A stretch of 64,000 nt of DNA from NCBI RefSeq assembly GCF_018350175.1, contig NC_058368.1, positions 34,970,001 through 35,034,000 on the forward strand. The letters run 5' to 3'. The notes under the pieces were generated by a model. The model made no database searches. It was not told the DNA's origin and saw only the letters and a list, made by a program, of their open reading frames with translations. Source of the DNA: Felis catus. Its lineage: Eukaryota. Below, piece by piece: positions 1 through 12,790 of the stretch. Each line of letters opens with the position of its first letter. Within the stretch, counting starts at the first letter, position 1. The position numbers and the translations under genes were made by a program.

Positions 1-14
1 AAATTCTGTGTCTG

Positions 15-120
15 ATGATATATATATACAATATATATATCATATATATCATATGATCATAATATGATATATATGATATGATATATATGATATATATATA
101 TGATATATATATTATAGATA
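15..120. repeat. AT-rich simple repeat, (TA)n mixed with TGATA units
   Basis: Runs of tatata and tgatatatat seen directly. Confidence 0.9.
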
Positions 121-639
121 TTTTCTTTTCCAGGCAAACTTTGACTCTACATCTCAAACTTTGTGTCACCAGATGTTTCTAATTGACTATTGGTTACTTT
201 CTTCTGAATAGTTTTCTTCTTTCAACCTTACATTTGCATTGAAAGAGAATGAAAAACATGGTGATTACAGTAAAGCAAATTAAGTTCTACAATGGCCTAA
301 TTAGAATGGCAAATTTTCCATTCTTTCCCTAGAATATTCCCATCACATCCAGTGAAAAAATGTACCAAACAATGAGGCATTGAAAACTCTTACTTAATTT
401 TACACCTCATTTTAGGAGGAACTGTGGCTCAAAAACAAAGGGAAAGTACTAAAAATCAGAAAAATGTAAAATGAACATAAAGTGAAAATGATATGAAGTT
501 AAATGTTTAAAACTTTAGCAATTTTCCAACTATCTGAGGAAAATATCTATCCCATAACACGTCTAAACTTTGGGCACTCCTTAAAATTCCACCCACTGCT
601 CATTCTTCTCAGGAGAATCTCTTTCATAAATGTGGAGAT

Positions 640-1290
640 TCTTAATTTTATTTGTGTTTAAATGAATAAAGTAAAAATACATAGATTATGATGGAAACAA
701 ATACTATGAAAATATGTTTAACAAGATGTTTTAAACATAAACTGATAATAGCATGCACATGCCGGGTTAGTTAACACATTAAGTATGAAGATCTAGTGTG
801 TGAACTAAAAGGCAACTATAATTTTCTTCTATTTTTTTCTAGTGCTATTGAAATATAATTGACATACAAAATTATATTCATTTAAGAAGCACAGCATATT
901 GATTTGATATGTGTATATATTGTGAAATGATTATCACAGTAAGTTTACTATTTTTTTATAATAAGTTTACTTTTGTTCATTATTTCATTTAGTTCTTTAT
1001 TTTTCCTTGGGATGAGAAGTTTTAATATTTACTCTCTTAACAACTTTCAAATATACAATAAAGTATTGCCAACTATAATCACTATGCTATATATTCTGTA
1101 ATTTTAAGGTACTGAGTAAAGTACTAAGCATTTTAGGAGATCTACAACTGATATTTATATAAATGAATACAGTATGGTTTTTTTGGTGACAATATCATAG
1201 ATAGCACTAATACCACAATACAGTGAACTTAAAATTTTCCCCCATTCAGATTTATAAGATTCCTATTATTCTATGCATGCAGCTGCTCTT
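640..1290 (+). mobile_element. Decayed hAT-Charlie DNA transposon fragment (Charlie1-like 3' part), interrupted by an L1 3' end
   Basis: Motifs ttaacacattaagtatgaagatctag, ttggtgacaatatcatagatagcactaatac and aattttcccccattcag resemble my recollection of the Charlie1 3' region; heavily diverged. Confidence 0.5.
830..1096 (-). mobile_element. Old L1 (L1MA-like) 3' end, antisense
   Basis: ttgaaatataattgacatac...gatttgatatgtgtatatattgtgaaatgatt...caaatatacaata; homologous to 21550-21870 in this window. Confidence 0.75.
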
Positions 1291-1659
1291 CATTAGGGCA
1301 TGGAATAAAATGGAAGTCTAGTAAGCCCTGGTCATACTGAGGTCCACAAATGATCTGTGCTTTACCCAGAATTACTAAATATTTCAGGTCCTCAGTCACT
1401 CTCATTCCTTCACTTGTTTATGGAGCACTTGTTATCTCCATCTCTATCTGAAGAGTGTAGATGCTTGCTATGTTTTTTTGTTTTAAATTATGCAATTTCT
1501 ATGCCTAAGAAATTGTCAATATTAAGAAAAATTTATAATAGTGCTGGCAAGGATACTAATAATAAGTAATAACAGTTCTTACATACCACCAGTAAGAATG
1601 TAAACTAGTGCAATGTTTCTGAAAACGAAACTGGCACAAAGTATCCATAGTTCAGACTT

Positions 1660-2517
1660 TGGGCTTCCTGGTAGAGATAGAGGACATGGACATTAATTGA
1701 GGAAAAACAAAAAGAAATGGATTTTTTTTTTAAAGTAAAAAGCCTCAAAGACAAGGAAAGTAGAAAAGAACAACACTTTGGAAATTCAGATGAAAGATTC
1801 AGGAGACTGGAAAAAACTCATTCAAAGCTAACTGGAGAAAGCTGGGATCTGACATGATTTTTGTTGCCAAACTGCCAAAGTCCTCAGTAATGGATGAATA
1901 CAAATAGCTAGAAAAGAGGGAGTTTAAAATAAGGAGTATGGTTTTAAAATTTAAAAAGCTGTTAGATTCATTCCCTCTCAACTCTACATAGTCTAATAAT
2001 TGTGTTTCATCAACTAACCACCCAGCTTCCAGAAAAGATTGGTACTTTTTTTTCCCCTAAAAATCACAAAATAGATATTTCCGGACTGCATTTTTCAAGT
2101 AGAGTTAAGAAAAAAGAAAAGATATACTTAATGAATGCTGAAACCACCAGCATACTTCCCCTGCTTCAGCTCCTACAACACTGGAATATATATGTCACAC
2201 TTTTATTCCTAGTGGAAAGGATACAAAGACGTCAAACCACCCTCAAGGAAGCCCTGGAAAAGCAATGACCAGCCACAGGCTGCAGAATTCTCTACATGAA
2301 AGACAGTGGCCAAAATAAATAACAGCAGAAGACAATGAAAGAAAACTGTATCTCAAAGAAAGATAACAGCAGGTATACCATCTTGGAACAAGAATGGAAT
2401 ACTATTTTAAAAAAGAGAACAGAAACATCTGTCTTTGGAAATTCAAAATATGATACTGAAATGAAAAAGTTAGTAAAAAATTTGAAAAATGGTTTTGAGG
2501 AAATCTTCCAGAAAACC

Positions 2518-2562
<45 letters not shown>

Positions 2563-2640
2563 GGAAGGAAGGAAGGAAGGAAGGAAGGAAGGAAGGAAAG
2601 AAGGGGAAGGAAGGAAGGAAGGAAGGAAGGAAGGAAGGAA

Positions 2641-2706
<66 letters not shown>

Positions 2707-3400
2707 AGAAAGAAAGAGAGAGAGGGAGGGAGGGAGGGAGGGAGGGAGGGAGAGAGGAAATAGGAATTAAAGTAAGAATGTATAGATTACTAGCCAATAA
2801 AGAGTTCCAGAAAGAGTGAGAGTGAAAAAAAAAAAAAGAGAGAGAGAGAGAAAGAAATCACCAGTTAAATAAAACAAGAACATTTTCCAAAGCTGATGCA
2901 TGTGATTTTTACTCAGGGCATGTGCCCTTTTTCTACATAGTAGAGAAAAATATACCCCTACCATGGTACATTATTTTAAGATTTCAAAAAACTGAAAATG
3001 TACAAAAATTCTCCATGCTTCCAGAGACAAAATAGGTTACATACAAATGTAGCTATATTAACTTATAAATCTTTAATCATTAAATTACTAATATTATGCC
3101 AGGCATGTATCAGGAACATGAGCCAGGCATCATGAGTGCAGGTGTGTGATAGAGACTAAGGGTAAATCATCACCCTCCAGACTGCAAAGTTACTAGTCAA
3201 TGCCTCAAGTTAAAAAAATTAAGAAGTAGAAAAGCAATCATATTAATTTGAGATATGGTAAACCACAACAACAATGAATTTGCTAAGAGAGTTCACAATG
3301 TTTGTCTTAAGGGAGAGAGGAGAGGAAAAAAACCCTACTATTTCTAGAACTGTGTAATTTTGTGTATAAATGCTTAATTTTGATTTTAGGAAAAGAATAA
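1660..3400 (+). mobile_element. Decayed HAL1/L1 ORF1-like element
   Basis: ORF1-like remnants gagttccagaaagag (VPER), aaacaagaacattttccaaagctga (EHFPKL, cf. ENFP) and gcttccagagacaaaataggttacatacaaa; the K/E-rich ORF 2335-2520 lies upstream. Split by the purine microsatellite. Confidence 0.55.
2519..2760. repeat. Compound homopurine microsatellite (GA)n-(GGAA)n-(GAAA)n-(GAGG)n
   Basis: About 242 nt with only A and G on the + strand. Confidence 0.98.
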
Positions 3401-3710
3401 ACAGAATATTCAAAATACTGATCCACAAATTAAACCAGAATTACAACTCTAATCATCTATTTACAATATCTACATTTATGATATTGTAGCTAGTAAATAA
3501 CCAAAACATACATATATAAATGAAAATTTTAATGAAATATGCTGCATCCAAATATGCTGCACCCATATAATGGACAGTATGTACTCATTAAATATTTGGA
3601 AGAGTTTTAGTATTATTAAACTGCTTATTAGTTACTATTAAGTGAAAACCAAGATGCATTTCAATTTCATAAATAATTGGAAAGAAAGTCATTAAAATAT
3701 GGTAATCTTT

Positions 3711-4042
3711 GGTGCACCTGGATGGCTCAGTTGGTTAAGAATCCAACTCTTACTCTTAAATACAGAGAACAAACTGAGGGTTGATGGGGGGATGGGGGAG
3801 AGGGGAAGTGGGTGATGGCACTGAGGAGGGCATTCGTTGGGATGAGCACTGGGTGTTTCATGGAAGCCAACTTGACAATAAATTATATTTAAAAAAATAA
3901 AATAAATAAAATTACAATGAGAAAACCTGCTTTAAAAAAAAAAAGAATCCAACTCTTGATTTTCGCTCAGGTCATAATCTCACAGTTTGTGAGATTGAGC
4001 CCTGCATTGGGCTCTATTTTGACAGTGTGGAGCCTGCTTGGG

Positions 4043-4094
<52 letters not shown>

Positions 4095-4195
4095 CTCTCT
4101 GCCCCTCCCCTGCTTGTGCTTTCTCTCTCTCAAAAATAAATAACTAAACTAAATTAAACTAAACTAAAATAAACTAAACTAAAATAAAATAAAAT
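3711..4195 (+). mobile_element. Can-SINE interrupted by an L1 fragment
   Basis: ggtgcacctggatggctcagttggttaag head; body resumes at 3958 with gattttcgctcaggtcataatctc; (CT)n tract and A-rich (CTAAA/TAAAA) tail. Confidence 0.95.
3752..3942 (+). mobile_element. 5'-truncated felid-type L1 3' UTR with two A tails, inserted in the SINE
   Basis: gagaacaaactgagggttgatgggggg...gatgagcactgggtg...cttgacaataaa; perfect 15-bp TSD aagaatccaactctt at 3737-3751 and 3943-3957. Confidence 0.95.
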
Positions 4196-7150
4196 GAAAA
4201 GTTACCTTTGGAGAGTAGAACCATGGCTCTTTGTATTTTTCTTAATTTTCTGTATTTTCAAAATATTTGATAGTGACATTTATTTTATTTATAAAATCTT
4301 AAAAAGTTAAAAACCTCTAAAACTATAACCACAGAATTTCCATGAGATTGTATAATGTTCACTATCTTTTCAAATTCAATCAAAAATAGCAAAGCAAATT
4401 TGAACTTATGAACTTAATGTAAATGGTAATATGGTAATTACTTTTCCTATTTAACTTAAGTGAAGAAGTTTCTCATGTTCATAGAGAGTTTATAGCTTTC
4501 CCTAGGAATAGAATTTGAGGTGAGGGACTATCTTGACAATAGGAACTTTCCTTATATGCATTAATACTGTTGTTGTCACAGCTTGTTACCTAGTCAGAAA
4601 GACTAGGTAAAGGTTTATTTATTTATTTTTGCTACTTTGGATGACAATTTATAGCTCTTTCTTTCACATTTTTTTCAATGCCCAAAATGGTAAAGGTATA
4701 ATTTTCTACAAATGCGTCTCCCAGTTATAAATCTGATTTGAACACAAGAATACATATTATTCATATCCTTGCTAAGCCAAAGGTATAAAAGGAATGCACA
4801 AAAGAAATACCAATAATTTATGTCTACATGATGCTACCATTTCAAGAAGAAAATTGAAAAGTGACCAATCAGTAGTCTCTGGTGTGTTTGAGTTTTGTCA
4901 CTGAGTGTCTTGCCTAATATTTTAACTGAATTGACTAAATGAGGTCATATATTGCTCTAACACTGAGAGATTGAATTGGCTATGACATTACTTAGTAAAA
5001 ATATGTTTCCAGATCCTAAAAATTCTGAACCTTTTGCAGTTCTCTATGTATGAAGAACAAATATACTATCAGTAAGTCCTTCCTGAGGACAGACAATATG
5101 CCCAGCTCTATGTTAAGTACCATAGAGACTCAGAAAAAGGCCTTTGTATGGCCTTGTAGGTACAAGGCTAACATTTGTATAATATGTAACACAGGGAAAT
5201 CTGTTAATATGTAAGTGTACAAATTTGTAGGAGAGACCACATAAGTGCTGAGGGAGAAGACATGAAAATACTCAAGCAATGGTACGTATATTCTAGAATT
5301 TAGCATTTCAACACAAATTCTTCTGAATTTCCATCAAAATTCTAAAGAGGTAATTATGTTTCTACTGCATAATGTGAAATCTTTCATAGCTATATATACA
5401 TGAGAAGAATGCAGATTCATGCATAGATATGCTATTTCTAAAATGAGCAAAGATGGAATATAGAGCTTAGGTACATAAACCTACAATGATAAAATTGCTG
5501 ACTAAAATAAAATCATAAAATACCAATATATGCAAGTGACACAAATTTTCCACTTAATAAATTGCCCACAAGAAACTTACAAGGAAAAGTCTGTGGTCTT
5601 ATGGTATAGTACAGTGAGTGCTCAACTATATATTTCTATTTGCCATGTGATTTTACTGCTAATTTATTTCAAAGGAGTTTATCTATTGTGTCTTTCATTA
5701 ATGAAGTAATTGAAGGCAAAGTTATTAAAAGTGATAATCAATTATCATATTTGTTTCACTTAACTGAATCTGTCATCATATTGAATATTTTTGGTAGAGC
5801 ATTTGATCATAATTTTTCTCCCTGTCTGTTTCTCCCATTTTGTTTAATTCAGTGAATGTAATAAAAGACCTAACCTCTCTTCTCTGTGAGAGTGTCATAC
5901 TGTCAACAAAAATGGCACTGAGCCCAAAGGGAAAAAAAAATTATTTTGATCTAGTGACTGACTCATTCATTGGAAATAAAAGACTTTTCTTGTCATCCAA
6001 GGATCATCTTAATATACACTGATTTTTTTTTTGCAGTATTGCTACTACTTAGAAGTAAAAAAGAGAATTTAGAAGCACAGAAAAAAATACTCTGCTATTT
6101 TGCCTTTCCTCAAAGGTCACTGATGAGAGTTGGTGAATAGGTCATTTTGCCTGATCATTTGCCAGTGTGGCCACAATCAATTCTTCTGAATCTGTAATTC
6201 TCTCACACACCATCAATTTTTGCCCAAGATGAAATACTACAACTGCAAAATTGGTTTCTACAACTAGTGAATGTGAGAACAGATATTTTATCTCCAAAGC
6301 TATGAGTTGAAATCAGTGCTATAAGTATAATTTATGAAAATGGGTATTATTTTCCCTTAAAGTAATTTAAAATATATAATGCTTAGTCATGATGTCAGAA
6401 ATCCTCCCATTAGAGAGTTATTTCTTGGCTATGTCAACATTCTTTCAATAAATATTTATTGAACACCTACTGTATGTGAGGCACTATGATGTAGTTTTGA
6501 GGAATACTTTTAAGCAGTTCTCACACAAATTTCCTGTGGTAGGGCTAGTACCTTACGTATTTACGATATTGAGAATATCGGCATATCATTAGCTGAACAC
6601 AAGGACTGTAAGAGTGATTCAGTTCTCAGGTACCAGTTAGAAAGGGACAATAAAAGGGTAACGAGTACATTACTAGTTTAACCTTCTTTAACATTTTGCA
6701 TAAATAGTACATGAATGCTCTCTGAATGAACAAATTATTATAGGAGGATAGACTTAGCAAGGGGGAGAGAATGTTCTGAGATGTAAATTTTAGAATTCAA
6801 GACTCTAAAATCAAGTGGCACAGTTTAGTTAATGATAACATTCATGCAGTTAAAAGGTAGAGATAAAAGATTAATAAAGTTGAGAAGGCAGTCTCAGATC
6901 CTGGATGGATCATTGACATAAACAATTTATCCAAAGATGAAGGTATCAATAAGAGAGAGTTAAACATTATGAACTAGGTGGTAATGTTCTAGAGTTCTAA
7001 ATTATAAAACAGTAACTTCAAGGCAAACAAATAATTACTAAAACAAAAGGAAAAGAGAAGAAGGATGTTCAATGACATTTCTAGGTATGTAGCAGCCCTG
7101 AAAAGCATAACAAATGTTGTATATGAAATTAAGGTAAAAACACTAATTCA

Positions 7151-7284
7151 TGTGTGTGTGTGTATATATGTATGTATATATGTATGTATATATGTATGTA
7201 TGTATATATGTGTATATATATACATACATATACACACACACATATACATATACACACATACAAATACATATATACATATATATA
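7151..7284. repeat. Compound (TG)/(TATG)/(TA)/(CATA)/(CA) microsatellite
   Basis: Seen directly; source of three spurious ORFs. Confidence 0.95.
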
Positions 7285-7385
7285 CTTTATTGTATGTTTT
7301 CACATGTGCTGCATTATTCTATCACCAAAACAAACCAGGAAAATGGGAAATATAGAGTATTTTGAATAGACAGTGTCTTTGAAAA

Positions 7386-7840
7386 TGTACAGTTATTTTA
7401 ACAACAACGTTGCATAAATAACCATGTTGAAAGCCAGTGGTTTGCACCAAAAAGCATTTACTCTCATGTGCGTGGTCTATAGGTAACTGTGGTTTGCCTA
7501 ATTTAAGCTGGACTCAGCTGTGTCTCTGTCTTCAGGCTGTGGTTCCGCCAGGCTTGAGCTCTAGGCTGCAGGTGAAATTCAAGATTTCTCCACATGTGTT
7601 TTGCTGGGTAGGGTTCAAGCTAAAGAGGAAGAATGACCCGTAGCATGCTCTTCTCATGACAGCTGGTATAAACTGAGCAAGCACATACAAGACCCCTGCA
7701 TGTGTCACATTCTCATGCCTTTGGCCTAAAACAAGTTATATGAACAAGCCCAGCATTAAAGATTGAGGGAATATATATAGCATGTACAGTAAGGATGGGA
7801 AGGAAAGGACATTTACCAAAAAAGAACCCAAATTATCACA
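7386..7840 (-). mobile_element. MLT1-type (MaLR) solo LTR, old
   Basis: tg...ca termini; motifs gctggactcagctg, ctccacatgtg, gcatgctcttctcatg and ttggcctaaaacaagttatatg match recalled MLT1 LTRs. Confidence 0.65.
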
Positions 7841-9061
7841 GGGAAAATACAGGGCCCACTGAAGAGGATAAATTGAGGGAATCTCTTGGAAAAAAAAAAA
7901 GTCAAAGATTTAAAAAAAATAAAACAGCCTGCCCCTCACCTTCTCCAGTAAATGACGTAATGTTGTAAATGTAAATCTGCCCTCTTACTCATTGCTTCTC
8001 CCTCTCTGATGCCTCACAATTCCTATCTCACCCCAAAGTTACCAGTATTTGCAGTTTAGCTCACGTTCTTCTTCTCTCCTAAGTTCATACATATGTGTTC
8101 TGGTCTTAACCAGTACACTTGGAGTTCCCAATAAGGCAATGGATAATTTCATAGAAGAAAGGTCAGAATTCATACATAGCTGATGGGATAGTAGAATAAT
8201 TATTTCATAGCTTGTAATTGCAGATGGCTGTATTGCGGAATACTGAGAAATTCAAGCGAAGCAGAAATAATAACAATTGATTTTCATAGAAAGTCTCTCA
8301 AAGTCGCATTCTCACATAAATTGCAAGTGTCCCAATTGGGTAGTGTGACTGACCACAAAATGTTGCAATCTCCCACAGTAGAAAACCTAACATAAGTATT
8401 AACAGAGAATATTTATATAAAAACATCATTTAAAAAATTCTTTGTATTTTGATGTACTTTAATTTAAAAAAGAATAAAATGCATAAGCCAGCCTGATTTG
8501 TAAAGAATAGGTTTCAGTTAAGTACTACAAAGGCTATCCAACATAATTTGGTGAATATGTGTGGACAGGGAAATTATTTCTTCTGAGTTGATAGGAATAA
8601 TGAATATGTAATATTCCGTATTTGGGTTATGTCACTATTTGGTTATCCAATGGTCATAGAGATGGTTTTTAGTTATGGCTATCACAAATAAAAGTTTTGA
8701 ACATTATCTTATAAGTCTGTTTGTGGACATATATTCTCATTTCTCTTGGAATAAAACTGGTGGGTAATAGGGTTGATGTATTCCTTAAATTAATGAAACT
8801 CCACCAAATATTTCTCAAAGTGGTTTTACTGTTTTACCCCACCATCAATAATGTATGAAATTTCCAGTTGCTTCATATCTTGCCTTCATTTTGTTTATCA
8901 GTCTTTTTTATTTTAACTATTCTAGTGTGTGTATAGTGCATAGTGGTTTTAATTTGCCTAGTTTTAATTTGCATGTCTCAGATGAGTAATGATAGAGCCT
9001 TTTCCTGAGTGTTTAATGGTCATTTGAAGTATCTATCCAAGTCTTTTGTCAATTTTTGACA

Positions 9062-9186
9062 ATTTTTATTGGATTGCTCATGTAATCATCACTGGGGTTT
9101 TTGTTTTGTTTTGTTCTGTATTTTTATTGGATTTTTATTGGATTGCTCATGTAATCACTGGGATTTTTGTTTTGTTTTGTTCTGTG
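9062..9186. repeat. Local tandem duplication, about 60-bp unit x2
   Basis: atttttattggattgctcatgtaatca...ttttgttttgttttgttctgt occurs at 9062 and 9131. Confidence 0.95.
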
Positions 9187-9629
9187 TGTATTCTGGAAAC
9201 AAGATAGGTGACAGACCCTTTCACTATAAATAATTTTCCCATGTTGTGGTTTGCATTTTCCTAATGGTGTCTTTTAATGAAAGGAAAATTTTAATCTTGA
9301 TGGAACTTAATTTACCAATTATATTTTCTTCATGGTTAGTGATTTTTTGACCCAATTAAGTATGTCACTTTCCTGCCCCTAAAAAACAAAGTTATTGTCT
9401 TCTAAGAGTTTTATGGCTCTGAGTTTTACATGTGGGTCTATGATCCAGATTTTTGTGTTCAGAGGGAAATAGGTACTGAGTTTTTTATATTCTTTTTTTG
9501 GCTGATGGAGTTGGCTGACCCAGCTGCCTTAGTGATAGTATCTGTTAAAAACATTCAATTCTCACTGATTTAACCTAGTGTCTTTATCAAAAATCAAGCT
9601 GACTCATATGTGAATAAGTCCTTTGGAAG

Positions 9630-9828
9630 CAGTGCTGTTCAAAAGAACTTTATATAATAATGAAATGTACTATATCTACATTGTCCATTAGAATAGTCAC
9701 TAGTCACATGTGGCTAATGAGTACTCAAAATGTGACTGAGGTAACCAATTTTTAATTTTATTTAACTTTTGTGAATTTAAATTTAAATAAGCACATGTGG
9801 CTAGTAGCTTCCCTAGTGGATGGAACAG
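9630..9828 (+). mobile_element. MER3-like non-autonomous hAT element inside the old L1
   Basis: cagtgctgttcaaaagaacttt start; repeated cacatgtggcta motif; about 200 bp long. Confidence 0.8.
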
Positions 9829-10154
9829 ATCTGGAAACTGTATTCTGTTTCATTGATCTCTTTGTCTATTCTAGGTAAATCACATCCTTTGAAAAACAGA
9901 CCTCATTATAAGTCTTGAATGCAGATGTCACAGTTTCTATATATATATTTTTAAGACTCCTTGGCTATTCTACAGTCTTGGTGTTTCCATATAAATATTA
10001 GAATCAATTATTTCATCAAAAGAGCCTGTTGGAATTTATATAGGGATTGTACAAAATTATTGATCATTTAAGGGAAAAATTGCCATTTTAGCAGTATTGA
10101 GTCTTCTAATCTATGAGAATACCTTTCCATTTCTTTATGTGCTATTTAATTTTT

Positions 10155-10356
10155 ATTTTTTTAAATGTTTATTCTTGAGAGAGACAGAGTGAGAGTGGGG
10201 GAGGGGCAGAGAGAGAGTTAGATACAGAATCCCAAGCAGGCTCCAGGCTCCAAGCTGTCAGCACAGAGCCCGATGTGGGGCTTGAACTCACGAACCGTGA
10301 GATTATGACCTGAGCCGAAGTTGGACGCTCAACCACCTGAGGCACCCAGGCGCCCC
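10155..10356 (-). mobile_element. Can-SINE (felid type)
   Basis: Ends cacccaggcgcccc; TSD atgtgctatttaattttt / atgttctattgaattttt at 10137-10154 and 10357-10374. Confidence 0.97.
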
Positions 10357-11318
10357 ATGTTCTATTGAATTTTTCTTAGTAATGTTTTCTAATTATCAGT
10401 ATAGAAACCTTATGTTTTACTCTACATTTATTCCTAACAACTATTGTTATTTATATTTTTTTCTGCTAGTATAAATGGTATTTTTAAAATTCATTATCCA
10501 GTTGTTTTTTTGTAAGTTTAGAGAAATACAATTGATCTTTGCACATTCACCTTGAATTCTGTAATCATTCTAACTTTATTTCTTGGTGCTAGTGACTGCT
10601 TATTTTCTATGTATTTTCTATGTATTTTCTATGTCCATGATGAAGTTGTTTGCAAATAGTGCTCTATTATTTACTTTCCAATATTTCTACTTATGTGGGT
10701 TTTAAACATGCACAATCATGCTTTCCAAATTTGAAGACTTATTAATCTATCTGATCATGTTACACTGACTAAGGTCTCCAGTATGCCAATGAATATATAC
10801 ATTTTGGAACAAATATTCTTATTTTATTTCTGAAATTAGGGGGGAAGCATTAATTATTTTACCTTTGAATATTCTATTAACTGGAGGTATATTATACACC
10901 AAGGACAGTCCACTCTATTTCCAGTTTGAGAAGACTGTCTAGTTTGTCAAGGGATTTTTCTACATCTGCTGATATGGCAAATGGCATAAAGTGATTGTAA
11001 AATGTTAAACTAATCTTGGATTTCTGGAATAAATTCCACTTGATCATGCTGGATCATTGTAAAGGTAATACACCTCTTCATTTCCAAAAGGATATTATTG
11101 TTTTAAGGCCTATTTTATATAATATTAATATAGCCAAACCATGTTCCTGATAGCTAATATTACTCTGATATTTCTGTTTTCTAAACTCTTATTTTCTTTA
11201 CCTTTAGATGTGTTTCTTGTAATATTTTACATTTCTTGTTAAAATAAATCTATCAGTCTTTGCTTTTAACTGGTGAATTTATCCCATTTACATTTATTTT
11301 AAAGATTAAACTATAAGT

Positions 11319-11543
11319 GGGGTGCCTGGGTGGTTCAGTCAGTTAAGTTGTCTGGCTTTAGCTGGGGTCATGATCTCATGGTTTGTGAGTTCAAGCCCTG
11401 CATTGGTCTCTGTGCTGGAGACTGCTTCAGAATCTATGTCTCCTTTGCTCTTTGCCCTTCCCCCACTTGTGCTCTGATGTCTCTGTCTCTCAAAAATAAA
11501 TAAATGTAAAAAAATTTTTTTAAATAAAATTTAAAAAATTGAA
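11319..11543 (+). mobile_element. Can-SINE
   Basis: ggggtgcctgggtggttcagtc head; TSD aaagattaaactataagt / aaaaattaacctataagt. Confidence 0.96.
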
Positions 11544-11809
11544 AAAAATTAACCTATAAGTTACTGTTTTACCAGGAAAGTTTATTATTTCAAGTTGTCC
11601 CACTTTTCCGACATTTAGGATATTACTTTCTTACTATTTTTCTAAAATTATATGTACCTCCCCCAATTCTGATACTATTAAGATCTTTAGCATACTTTTC
11701 CTTCTGTCAGTACTTTTCTATTCTATAATACCTACCCATTTTTGTAACATTAGGTAGATTTTCATTTGAATTTTTTATGAATATATTTGTTTAATCTTTT
11801 TTGTATTTG

Positions 11810-12045
11810 TATATACATATATATATTATTTTGATGGCATAAAAATATTATTTGTTTAAAGATTATAACATATATTTTTTAAAGATTATAATTATAAATA
11901 CATATATAAACATAATAAAATATGAACATATTAAAATAAATATTTAATAAATACAGATAATAATTATAATAAATATAATAAAGATTATAATATAAGTTAT
12001 ATATTATTATTTCTTTAAATATTATAATACATATAATAAATAAAT
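11810..12045. repeat. AT-rich low-complexity tract with repeated aaagattataa units
   Basis: Seen directly. Confidence 0.8.
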
Positions 12046-12094
12046 ACACTTTTCCCAAAGTAAATCTAGTAATTCCTCCTGTGTGTGTGTCTAT

Positions 12095-12279
12095 TTAAAA
12101 AATTTTTTTTTTAAGTTTAATTATTTTTGAGAGAGAGAGAGAGACAGAGCATGAGTGAAGGAGGGGCAGAGAGAGAGGGAGATGCAGAATCCGAAGCAGG
12201 CTCCAGGCTCTGAGCTGTCAGCACAGAGCCCGACGCGGGGCTCAAACTCACAGACTGTGAGATCATGACCTGAGCCGAA
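12095..12279 (-). mobile_element. Can-SINE lacking its 5' ~40 nt
   Basis: Antisense body stops abruptly at gacctgagccgaa; no ...cacccaggcgcccc end. Confidence 0.93.
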
Positions 12280-12574
12280 TCTAATTTTTGTTCTTTTGCA
12301 TGATCTACTCCTCCTTTTAGCTGTCAGATATTTTCCTCTTGTCTCTAAAATATTGCACAATTAGTATGAGTTTTTTTTTTCCTAAACTCTCTTCTTTGAC
12401 CCTTTTTTAGATTTCTTTAATATGAGGTCTTCTTTGCTTTTTCAAACTAATTAATTATGTTTAGTGGACATCTTAACTAAGACTCTTGTCTCAAATGTTC
12501 TACCAACTATTTAAAATTCTAAAATGAGCTCCAAGTTTTAGACATCAAACTATAATAAAGACTGGAATCAGTGA

Positions 12575-12790
12575 AGGGATTAGAAAGTATAAACTTCCAA
12601 TTATAAAATAAATATGTCATGAATATGATAAGGAATAAGGAATGTATTCAATAATATTTTAATAACATTTTATGATAAGAAATGGTAACTACACTTATTG
12701 TGGTGAGCACAGATTAATGTAACAGAATTGCTAAATTGCCTATGCTGTACACTTGAAACTAAGGACATTTTATGCCAAATATACTTAAAT
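12575..12790 (+). mobile_element. Old L1 3' end
   Basis: aaacttccaattataaaataaat...ggtaactacacttattgtggtgagca...gctgtacacttgaaacta. Confidence 0.75.

Larger units (their letters stand above)
8620..11700 (-). mobile_element. Old fragmented L1 (L1M) ORF2/3' region, antisense
   Basis: Antisense L1 signatures ttgtggacatatattctcatttctcttgg, tttctcaaagtggttttact, gtggttttaatttgc, gtattgagtcttctaatctatga, ggaataaattccacttgatcatg and ggtgaatttatcccatttacattta. Confidence 0.8.

Noticed and set aside
2402..2797. 131-aa and 93-aa ORFs with repetitive S/F/L or E/R/K content
   Set aside because: They are translations of the purine microsatellite.
3711..3760. tRNA-like A/B-box sequences at SINE heads
   Set aside because: These are tRNA-derived SINE promoters, not tRNA genes.
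7065..7369. Three overlapping Y/V/H/T-rich ORFs
   Set aside because: Microsatellite artefacts.
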